From positions 96,001 to 160,000 of the IMG/VR virus record IMGVR_UViG_3300037067_013742: a stretch of 64,000 bases of DNA. One strand, given 5' to 3'. The position numbers were made by a program, and so were the translations under genes. Under the pieces are notes generated by a model. It did no database searches and had not been told where the DNA came from. It saw only the letters and a list, made by a program, of their open reading frames with translations. The stretch comes from a virus. Lineage: Duplodnaviria; Caudoviricetes. Below, piece after piece: positions 1 to 8,724 of the stretch; position 1 is the stretch's first letter, and each line of letters opens with the position of its first letter.

Positions 1-2
1 CA

Positions 3-3000
3 CTAGCTCTTGCAATTCTTGCCCTGCCATTCTTGCGGACTAAGGAAAGCCCAGAAGAGTTAAAGAGAGTCTATAGTGGTGAAGAACAAGTTGCTGTTCG
101 TTCTGGCCGTTGGTGGGAAGCTGGTCGTACTCCATACGAAGGAGGAAGAGCCTACTATCGTCCGCATAGAGTAGCAATGATGCGTTCGGGTTCTCACGAA
201 GCTGCCCTTTATGGCTCAGAGAGTAAGTATTGGGAGACCGATCCCGTACTCCATCCACTAAGATTCTTATTTAATCCTTATGAACGAGAGAACCTTATGT
301 GGGAGCAGGGCTATAAATATCCTGTTTCCAAGACTCCATTTGAAGACTTTCCAGTACTCGGTCCTGTTATGGCCGCAACTATAGGAAGGATTATTAAACC
401 ACCTCGCTTTCAGGGTAGGAACCAGTGGCTACCAGAAGAATTAGAAGAGGGCCCGAGAGGAATGAGGGAGACTCCTGGAGATGAACCAATTCAAAGAGTT
501 GGTTTAAGGGGAACTATCTCTGAACAGTTTTATCGGTTGACTGAGTTAGCTGGTTTACCGGGCTTTGCACTAAGTGCAGTTAAAGGAAAGGTTACTGGTT
601 CTGAAGGTTTCTTCGAAGGACGAAGATGGGCAACTGCTTCTCAGGTATCAGGAGTTCAACCGGCTTATTGGTCTCTAGATATAGGCGGTGCTGCTCTACT
701 GTGTATTGAAGAGAACGCTATTGTTCAAACTGGCAGAGGATGCATTCCAATAAGAGACGTTGTTATTGGAGATACCGTTACTTCTCGTAATGGTGAAATG
801 CAGAAAGTCTGCAATATTTCATCCAGACCAGAAAATGATCTTGTAGCTCTAAAGATTAGTGGGCTTGGAGTAGAGTTAAAAGCTACTACAAACCACGTCC
901 TCCCAGTTTTCAAAGGCTCTATATGTCATTCCCATAATAGTAGGAAGTGCATCCCAAAGAGGGCAAAGCGTTGTGATACTTGCTCAAGAAGAAATCTTTC
1001 GATTCAAGCAATCGATTGTCAAGTTGGAGAGGTTGCTAAAGGGGACTTTGTAGAAGTTCCGTTACCAAGAGATATATATGGAAGCCCTATTTTTGATCTT
1101 AGTTCAGCTAAGGGCTGGTCAGCAGTAACCGAAAAATATGTATATCCCTGCGCGAGCTTTTCATATGCTTTTGCTTGGGAGCTATTGGAGAGAAATCAGT
1201 ATCTAAGCCGGAAGGAGCTTAGAGACTTAGGAATTTCAGATAGTATCGCCAAAGAAGTCCTTTCCGAATTTCGCAATGGGAGCAGTATAAGGAGATGTGA
1301 ACGTTGGATAAAAGTTAATGAAGATTTGGCATATTTCTTAGGTTGGTATACGGCAGAAGGATATATAAACAACTCTTCCGTATGCTTAGCTCTTCACTTA
1401 AAAGAACACGATATTGCCTGCAGTCTTGGAGAGATTGCTCATAAGTACTTTGGCGCTAGCTACGGCATTTATAAGAATGGGGATAATGGTATTCGGCTTA
1501 GCATTCCTTCTTTTGGGCTTGCGGCCTTTTGTTCAGTTGTTGCTCCTGGAACTGCCATAAACAAGGAGCTTTCTACTATTCTTATGAACTCGTCTCTTAG
1601 TATTAGGGCCTCTTTTCTTCGTGGTTATATGTTGGGTGATGGCTTTATTAGTAGTAATAAATCTAAAGCTGGTATTTCAACATCTAGCCGAATATTGGCT
1701 TCGCAAGCTTTGCTTATCGGACTCTCTCTCGGATTTCATGGTCACTCAACTCTCGACTATTTGGAAGAGGGGGGTGGACTCTACCCTCAAGGGGGCACTA
1801 GAAAAGATACAATACGGTCTTATGTTGTATGGGCGCGAGAAACAGTTAAGTTACTTCCGGAGTTTTTGTCTGGTGATCTGCAAAAGCTTCCAGAGCATGG
1901 GAATAAGTATTCGAGCTTTATTATAGGAGATAAGGCTTATTTCCAGGTTAGTGACATTTCTCATATTCATGGGCAATTTAGGGTCTGCGATCTTGAGATT
2001 GAGAATCTTCATTATTTTACTGCTGAGTTTATAACGGTTCATAACTCAGAATCCGTCCGACGTTACATTCCAAATAGGCGTTCTAGTATAGAAGAGTACA
2101 ACCCTCTTTCATCAGGTCTTCCTAGCTGGCTACCTGGCCCGGATTCTCAGTACTTTCTAGACTTTAGTAAGGCTGACATATACGGAAAGGTAAAAGAGCC
2201 TTGGGCTCGTCTTCCAGGTCCAGGTTATTCACAGCTTCACCCAGAGCTAAAGGGCGTAGATCCAGAGCAATACTCACCCTATCATCGATACCGCGTGCTA
2301 GCTGACGTAGCACCATGGAGCCGTGAGTATGGTGCCTATAACCGAGTAATGTCCAAGTATATGGGAGAAGGTCGGCTTACTCCCGAGCAGATGCTTGAGA
2401 TCCAGGCAACTAGGAAGAGAGTTCTAGAGGTAAAGAAGGCAAGAGATTTCCAGCCTTATATGTACGATAGTGACGCAATCCAGAAGATGACTGTTCGTGT
2501 TACTGGTGAGCTCGAGCCTGGCGTCTATACAACAAATGCTTTTGGTGAGGCTCCAATCGTTATGGCAGGGGTAAACACCTCTGAGCTTTCTCTTGCCTCA
2601 GTTGCTCGCCAAAGAGGAAGTGCTGCTAATGCTCAAGCAGCTATAAGGCAGGGCGCAGCAAAACGAGTAGAGCTTTCTGACTATCTAAGATCTTATATTC
2701 ATCCTGGTGCTGAGGTCGATATCTTTGTCCATAAAGATCCGTCTCTTATGATGGAGTATAGCGACGAAGGTAAACCTCAAGTACAAGCCATCATCTCTGC
2801 TGCCGGAAGAAATATAAACCGTGAGCTTTTAGAAAGGGGCTTAGCTCAAGCAGCGGAAACTAGCGTAACTCTTGACGCAAAGATGGCTGTTGGTCCAGTA
2901 GAGAGAGGTTTCGGCGCAGTCTGGGAGAGGTTTACTCATGGCGCAGAAACTCCTATGGAGAGTTTTACTCCCCTTGCTCCCATAGCTAAGTTTGTTCACC

Positions 3001-3965
3001 AGAGATCTGCTCTAGAAGAATATCAGCGTACCGAAGTTTATGGAAAAGACGTAGCTCTCTGGCAGACTCCCGTGAAGAGCTTCTTAGCTCCAGGTTTCTC
3101 TACTATGGCTCATTGGGCTGGTTGGAGAGGCTTACCAGGAGAGGTTCGAGAGCGATATATGGTTGAAGAGTATTTTGATCGCCTCGAATATATGAAATAC
3201 AAACGGCTTGAGTCTGAGGCAAGAGCAAGAGGTGAGGGTCAGGTTGCTGCTCAATATTCAACTCAGTTAGCCAGAACTAAGGTAGGGGCAGATCTTTATA
3301 GCAAGTGGGGACCTCTAATGGCTCTCTCCACAAAAGAGAAGTCATATTTTAGAGAGTTTGTTGAAGCGCCTACTGCTGCAGAGAGGAGAGAAATTTCCCG
3401 TATTGTATCTCCTCAAATGAGAGAGATTCTACATGCTCAGTGGGGGCAGAGAGCTGCTGATGCAGCTAGGGCTAGAATGGAAGCAGGAGCACCACAAGAG
3501 GGTGGAGACCTTGCTTCTATAAACCGCTTTTATGCAATGCAGCGGTCTTCTGAAGCAAGGCAAAGAGCTATTCAACAATCTAACAGCGAGATGCCAGTTC
3601 CCGCCCCTTCTTGGATTGGCTGGGATCCTAAAGCTGAGATGGAAGACTATAAAGTAAAGACCGTTATGGAACAGGGTCTCAACCCTGTTAGTTTTGGTAT
3701 TTGGGGAGGGGACTTGGCTCGTGTTGCTAGACGGCCATGGACTCATCCAATCTCTGTTGCAGTTCAGGGCGAGGCTAATGAAATGGTTTCTCCCGGCGCG
3801 TTAAGAAGCAGCTTTAATATAAGAATGGGAAGAGCGGGGCATAGACCCCCAAGTGCCTTTCTTTCTAGCGCGGGAGATAATGATATAGAAGTTCGATCTC
3901 CTGGTTATGACAGACTAAATCGCTATGCTGGTCCCCGTGGCGATGATACGATTATGCAATTCTAA
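3..3965 (+). CDS. Large virion/tape-measure-region protein (5'-truncated) with an intein and a degenerate SNase-like OB domain
   Basis: The frame is open from nt 3 (LALAILALPFLR...), so the TTG at 33 is probably not the true start. It heads a tail/baseplate operon. Intein at 702-2045. SNase-like segment at ~2484-2850 (IVMAGVNTSE...GRNINRELLERGLA). Confidence 0.6.
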   Translation, partial: LALAILALPFLRTKESPEELKRVYSGEEQVAVRSGRWWEAGRTPYEGGRAYYRPHRVAMMRSGSHEAALYGSESKYWETDPVLHPLRFLFNPYERENLMWEQGYKYPVSKTPFEDFPVLGPVMAATIGRIIKPPRFQGRNQWLPEELEEGPRGMRETPGDEPIQRVGLRGTISEQFYRLTELAGLPGFALSAVKGKVTGSEGFFEGRRWATASQVSGVQPAYWSLDIGGAALLCIEENAIVQTGRGCIPIRDVVIGDTVTSRNGEMQKVCNISSRPENDLVALKISGLGVELKATTNHVLPVFKGSICHSHNSRKCIPKRAKRCDTCSRRNLSIQAIDCQVGEVAKGDFVEVPLPRDIYGSPIFDLSSAKGWSAVTEKYVYPCASFSYAFAWELLERNQYLSRKELRDLGISDSIAKEVLSEFRNGSSIRRCERWIKVNEDLAYFLGWYTAEGYINNSSVCLALHLKEHDIACSLGEIAHKYFGASYGIYKNGDNGIRLSIPSFGLAAFCSVVAPGTAINKELSTILMNSSLSIRASFLRGYMLGDGFISSNKSKAGISTSSRILASQALLIGLSLGFHGHSTLDYLEEGGGLYPQGGTRKDTIRSYVVWARETVKLLPEFLSGDLQKLPEHGNKYSSFIIGDKAYFQVSDISHIHGQFRVCDLEIENLHYFTAEFITVHNSESVRRYIPNRRSSIEEYNPLSSGLPSWLPGPDSQYFLDFSKADIYGKVKEPWARLPGPGYSQLHPELKGVDPEQYSPYHRYRVLADVAPWSREYGAYNRVMSKYMGEGRLTPEQMLEIQATRKRVLEVKKARDFQPYMYDSDAIQKMTVRVTGELEPGVYTTNAFGEAPIVMAGVNTSELSLASVARQRGSAANAQAAIRQGAAKRVELSDYLRSYIHPGAEVDIFVHKDPSLMMEYSDEGKPQVQAIISAAGRNINRELLERGLAQAAETSVTLDAKMAVGPVERGFGAVWERFTHGAETPMESFTPLAPIAKFVHQRSALEEYQRTEVYGKDVALWQTPVKSFLAPGFSTMAHWAGWRGLPGEVRERYMVEEYFDRLEYMKYKRLESEARARGEGQVAAQYSTQLARTKVGADLYSKWGPLMALSTKEKSYFREFVEAPTAAERREISRIVSPQMREILHAQWGQRAADAARARMEAGAPQEGGDLASINRFYAMQRSSEARQRAIQQSNSEMPVPAPSWIGWDPKAEMEDYKVKTVMEQGLNPVSFGIWGGDLARVARRPWTHPISVAVQGEANEMVSPGALRSSFNIRMGRAGHRPPSAFLSSAGDNDIEVRSPGYDRLNRYAGPRGDDTIMQF
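702..2045 (+). mobile_element. Intein with LAGLIDADG homing endonuclease (448 aa)
   Basis: Block A CIEENAIVQT, block B ATTNH, LAGLIDADG-type motifs LAYFLGWYTAEG and FLRGYMLGDG, block F VCDLEIE, block G ITVHN followed by +1 Ser. Confidence 0.93.
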
Positions 3966-3990
3966 AGTATCGTGTTAGGTTTATTACAAT

Positions 3991-6900
3991 ATGGTAAGCC
4001 CATTCAATCTGCTACGAGCAAATGCTTCTATCGATAACCCCTTCGGTGACGGAGAAGATGTCTTAGGTAAGGCCTCTCGCCTGGCTGCTACAGGAGCCCT
4101 TCTTACAGGGGCTGGATACGCTCTCTACCGAGGTTATCAAGATCAGAAGACTTCTGTGCAGCGAGCCGTAGAAAGCGCCAGGAGAGCGATCCAGGGCCCT
4201 TCTGGGTCATTGCCTAGAATGATGACAAGAGCGCCTCTAGAGGTTCAGGAGAAGATGGTAGAAGAAGCCTTTAGAGCTGGGCAAGATACTATGTCTCCTC
4301 TTGGCTGGAGAACCTACCTTAAGAAGGTTTATGAGAGAGCGGCCTATAAAGCCGGTGTTCTTACTGATGATGAAAGAATAAAGTTAGTAGAAGAACTAGG
4401 AGATGTTGGGGGCTCTTGGGAAAACGTAAGGGGTCATCTAAAAGAAAACGAGGGAGTTCTTGGTGGACTGGAGGGGGTCTATTCAGAGATTAGAGAACTA
4501 GCTAATGGTCGTCTTCCCGGAAGAGGAGGGATGAGTGGGGCCGAGTTACTAAGAGATTTCTCTACTGGTACTCCGGGAGCTCCAGAGATTGGGCCACTTC
4601 TTCCAAATCAGCACCGGATGGGTTCTAGTGCTTATGTCAGAAGTGCCTTTGAACCAGAGGGCAGATTTTGGCAAGAGCAGTTTCCATTGGTTCCTAATAG
4701 GGAATCAAACGTAGAGTTGATTGGTGGCGGAGGTTTAAACCAAGCTCAGGCTAGAGCAAAGAAGTTCTCAAGAATGAGTGGTATGTATGTTAAGGCGGGG
4801 GTTAGAGATATTACTCGTGACCGGAACTTTATTGGCGGGAAGGCTGCAAGGAACAAGTTTAATATTGCCGGTACAGGTGAGGTAAGCCTTACCATGAATG
4901 AGTATCAGGTTGGTGGTAAGGGTAGCCGCCACTTCTTCCAAATACCAAACGCAAAAGAGATTAAGACTAATGTTGGTAGTGTCATGCTTGCTGCTGCAGA
5001 CCATAGGGGCATGGGTTTCTCTGCTGTTGGTAAGTGGACCATTCAGGTAAAGGGCAAAGACGGGAAGTTGACTAGGAAGGTTGTCGACTGGAACACCGGC
5101 ATCAACACTCTTGTTTTTGGTGGGGAGGGACTATCTTCTGGTAGCTCTTTAACAGAAAGACTACACGCTGCTGCTGGCGATGCAAGAGAGCAACGTAGAA
5201 TTCTAGATAACTTTAAGACCGAAGTTAGTGCTCTTATGTATAGAGTTGATGGATCTCAAGCCTCTATGACCCAGGCTTTGTTCCATAGTGAATCGGCCGT
5301 CCCTATAGAGTTGTCGGCTGAAAGGATTATGGATCCTAACTATCGCAATACTATGGATCAGGTTAAAAACCACTGGGACGAGATGGTTAAGTCTGGCCAT
5401 AATATAGGGCCAATGTCTAGTGCTACTTCTATGGGTGAAAGGTCTCGAGTTTCTCTTCGTGATTGGGCGGGCGAACTAGATGTCTTTGGGGCTAACTATC
5501 CAATGGAAAGGAAGTTCGCTGGTCGCTTCAGGGGAAATTATTCTCTGAGTCCTAGAGCAAGAGAGGCAATGGAGACACGCCCTATTATGGGTAAAATCCC
5601 TAGATCTATGCCTACGACAGCAACTTCAAGATTTGGAGAAGTTGTATCTAATAAAACTCCCAACGTCTTTACTTACTACTCTCTAAAAGAGATGAAAGAC
5701 TTGCGACCTGAGGAGGCCGTTCTTTCTAGAACAGTTGCTCCAATGGTTGAGTTTACCGAGAAGAAGACATATGAAGTCGCGCGGGGTACAACTAGAGCCG
5801 CTATTGGAGAAGAGCTTTCTACCAACCAAAGCCTAGGGATAGATTACAGGACCGGGAAAGAGATTAGGTCTGCTGCATCAGAAGGTCATATGACCGAGAG
5901 GATTCTAGGAGCAGTAGATAAAGGAGATCTTATCGAGTTAGAAGTTGAGCGAACTGTCCCATTTCAAGATGGGTTGAAGGGTTATACCCGTAAGGTTAGA
6001 TATCGAATAGCTAGAGAAAGTATGACAGAAGAACTAGCTCATCAGTTTGGGATTAATGCTCAAAGCCCTGTATATAAGTATAGCCACCATATAGAAGCCG
6101 CAATGGACGTAGAGGCCCTAAAGAAGATTCCAGGAGAGGTTTACGGACAGATGGCAAGCGGCCTTCAGTATATTGCTGCAGACAAACTAAAGGGTGTTCG
6201 TTCTAGAAGAAGAGGGAAGGGGAGGGGGAGAACTTTTGGCCCAAAGAAAGGATTCCAAAAGTATAGGAATGCCCATGTTAAAGATATGTGGAATTACGTC
6301 AACAATGCCGACTTGAGAGAGAAGTATCTTACGCGAGTTGCTAAAGAGGGTGAGAGCCTAGCTCGACAGTTTGGTCTAAGCGAGAACCTTCTTCATCACG
6401 GAGCTGGCTTGGGCCTTCTCAAGAAGGCAGCTGGTTGGAATCTTAGCTCTTCCGATATTGGGTTAATTGGTGGCTTTTTCCATAAGCAGCTTTTCTCTGC
6501 TCTGGGTGGAGATATGGCCGCCTCTCAAAAGATGGGAGAGATCTATAGGGGCATTGGACTTTCGACTAGCGACATTAAGGCCCTTATGACTTCTCAGGGG
6601 GTAATAGGAGGCCACGCTCTAAACATTGGAGATGTTGACTCTCTAAAGGTTGTCGAAAGAGCTGGCCTAGATCCTCGTGGTCTATTAGAAATAAAGGCTC
6701 AGGATTGGGGACAATTGGGAGACGACGTTATAGCTGAGTTCGCAAGAAGAATTCCAGATAGAGGAATGGGTGAACTGATTACGGCTACCAAGTCCATGGT
6801 TGGCTTGGCCGCAGACATCCCCGAAGGAACTAGGGGGGTCGAGAATGCGGCAGAAGCTATGGAGCTCATCGGTAAAGAGAACTTTGTCTGGAAGGGCGGG

Positions 6901-8724
6901 GGACGAGAGCTATATATTCCAGCCGCTGCTGGTGGGCATATGGGTGAATATACCCAGGAGGTTGGTGAGAGGGCTGATATGCCCCTCAAGAAAGCCTACC
7001 GTCAATATATTGAGGCAAGGGGACGAATTACAGACTACGAAGGAATGATGTCTGGGACTGACTATCAAGACCTTCCAGACTATGAAGCTTTAAAAGTTAA
7101 GGCCACAGAGTTAGAGGATGCTCTTCGTAATCAACTTGGTCATGAGATGCTAGGCTCAACTTCTCTTAGGGGAAAGATCTTTGGTTCATTAGAATTGACG
7201 GCTAGTACCTGGACCGGATCAAAAGCCTCATCTCATTTAAGTATTGAGTATGGAAGTATAGACGAGCTACTTAACGATCATAAGAATCTCTTCGTGTCTG
7301 GCATAACAGAGAAGTCATATAAGAGATTACACAACGACTTAATGAGAGTTGCCAGCGAAAAAGAGAAAACCTTCTTACAGGATCAATACAGACGTTTTAT
7401 GGCCGGCGAGAACATTCCCACAATGGAATGGAGAAACCCTCTTATTGGCCCCCAAAGTATGACACCTGGATATATTCGTAGAGTAGAAGCCGATGCAGAG
7501 GGCATATATATCAAGAAGATGACGCTCAATAAGGATGGTAGGGCTGTCGATGTTTCTGGTATGGCTGCTAAGTCTGGTGATATGGACGGCGACCAGATTT
7601 CCCTAATGCTTATGGGAGACGAGAAGGTTGCCGCTGAGATAGACAAGACCCTACATTCTGCTAGTTGGAGAAAAGATTATGTAGCAGCTCTAGAGAGGAA
7701 GCAGGACCTAGAGAAAGCTATTGCTGCCTCTGCTGCCGGGAGAGACCTCGGTCGAGCTAACTATGAGGGGTTGACTCGCCATGTTGGCGTCAAGATGGAG
7801 ACCGGTATGATCTCCACTCTTGTAGATGATATGAAGGCTACGGCTGCTTTTAACGCTTCGAGCAAAGAAGAATACACAATAATGTCCGAAATCTTTGCTC
7901 GTATGTCGCAGGCCCCAATTTCTTCCAAACATGGTCTTTACGCTAGTGAAGTAAGCGATTTGCTAGATGAGTTTGTCTCTAAAGACAAGGGTCGTGTTAG
8001 CGGTGCATTAGAAGATGTATGGGACATCCTTATGGGAGAGGGGAAGGTTGAGGGCTATAACAAAGAAGAAGTTATCAGTAAAGTAAAAGGCTGGGTCCAA
8101 ACCTCTTCTAATAATGGAGAGTTGTCAGCTCATCGTGCTGTTTGGCGCGCGGCAAATAAAGCAGCTAAAGGTGGGATTGCCGGAGAAGTTTCAGAAGATG
8201 CCCTAGTTCATATTATCAAAATGATGGAGAGTGGTAAGGGAGATCTAAATGCTGCTCTTGTTAGAGAGATGAGGATGGGGCCCGGCTCTGGTATTTCTGC
8301 CTCTAGAGCAACAGTAGAGGCTGCTAGTAATCTAGGTGGAATGGCTATCAATGCCTTCAAGAAGCACTGGAAGTATCCAGCAATGGGCGCAGCTGTGGGT
8401 CTTGGTATTGCTGCTTTAGGCGCGGGAACATCTATAGCTATGCCACGAGAAGACGCTTCTATGAAAGCGACAGAACTTATGGCCAGTCGTGGTCCAGCCG
8501 AACTTCAGATGCCAAGCGGAATTCAGAATAGAATTCTTACTTCTGGCGGGGGCGGGATGCAGGCCGGATACAGAATGTCGTATAGTGGTGATCTGAATAG
8601 TTCTGGAATGAATGACTTAGCTGGATTTGGAGCTGGTGTTGGTGGTAGGGTTACTGTGAGAGATAACCGAGGAGCTATATCTCCTCAGTATATAGATAAA
8701 GCTCAAGACGAAAGGTATATCTGA
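3991..8724 (+). CDS. Putative virion-associated single-chain two-barrel (DPBB) RNA polymerase
   Basis: GDMDGDQ (DMDGD at 7579-7593) preceded by WRNP (R at 7432) and LRGKIFGS. Upstream beta-like segments EEAVLS (5710), DGLKGYTRK (K at 5977 and 5992) and EAAMD...GQM. Gly/Ala-rich hydrophobic stretches at both ends. Lies in the tail operon. Confidence 0.65.
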   Translation: MVSPFNLLRANASIDNPFGDGEDVLGKASRLAATGALLTGAGYALYRGYQDQKTSVQRAVESARRAIQGPSGSLPRMMTRAPLEVQEKMVEEAFRAGQDTMSPLGWRTYLKKVYERAAYKAGVLTDDERIKLVEELGDVGGSWENVRGHLKENEGVLGGLEGVYSEIRELANGRLPGRGGMSGAELLRDFSTGTPGAPEIGPLLPNQHRMGSSAYVRSAFEPEGRFWQEQFPLVPNRESNVELIGGGGLNQAQARAKKFSRMSGMYVKAGVRDITRDRNFIGGKAARNKFNIAGTGEVSLTMNEYQVGGKGSRHFFQIPNAKEIKTNVGSVMLAAADHRGMGFSAVGKWTIQVKGKDGKLTRKVVDWNTGINTLVFGGEGLSSGSSLTERLHAAAGDAREQRRILDNFKTEVSALMYRVDGSQASMTQALFHSESAVPIELSAERIMDPNYRNTMDQVKNHWDEMVKSGHNIGPMSSATSMGERSRVSLRDWAGELDVFGANYPMERKFAGRFRGNYSLSPRAREAMETRPIMGKIPRSMPTTATSRFGEVVSNKTPNVFTYYSLKEMKDLRPEEAVLSRTVAPMVEFTEKKTYEVARGTTRAAIGEELSTNQSLGIDYRTGKEIRSAASEGHMTERILGAVDKGDLIELEVERTVPFQDGLKGYTRKVRYRIARESMTEELAHQFGINAQSPVYKYSHHIEAAMDVEALKKIPGEVYGQMASGLQYIAADKLKGVRSRRRGKGRGRTFGPKKGFQKYRNAHVKDMWNYVNNADLREKYLTRVAKEGESLARQFGLSENLLHHGAGLGLLKKAAGWNLSSSDIGLIGGFFHKQLFSALGGDMAASQKMGEIYRGIGLSTSDIKALMTSQGVIGGHALNIGDVDSLKVVERAGLDPRGLLEIKAQDWGQLGDDVIAEFARRIPDRGMGELITATKSMVGLAADIPEGTRGVENAAEAMELIGKENFVWKGGGRELYIPAAAGGHMGEYTQEVGERADMPLKKAYRQYIEARGRITDYEGMMSGTDYQDLPDYEALKVKATELEDALRNQLGHEMLGSTSLRGKIFGSLELTASTWTGSKASSHLSIEYGSIDELLNDHKNLFVSGITEKSYKRLHNDLMRVASEKEKTFLQDQYRRFMAGENIPTMEWRNPLIGPQSMTPGYIRRVEADAEGIYIKKMTLNKDGRAVDVSGMAAKSGDMDGDQISLMLMGDEKVAAEIDKTLHSASWRKDYVAALERKQDLEKAIAASAAGRDLGRANYEGLTRHVGVKMETGMISTLVDDMKATAAFNASSKEEYTIMSEIFARMSQAPISSKHGLYASEVSDLLDEFVSKDKGRVSGALEDVWDILMGEGKVEGYNKEEVISKVKGWVQTSSNNGELSAHRAVWRAANKAAKGGIAGEVSEDALVHIIKMMESGKGDLNAALVREMRMGPGSGISASRATVEAASNLGGMAINAFKKHWKYPAMGAAVGLGIAALGAGTSIAMPREDASMKATELMASRGPAELQMPSGIQNRILTSGGGGMQAGYRMSYSGDLNSSGMNDLAGFGAGVGGRVTVRDNRGAISPQYIDKAQDERYI

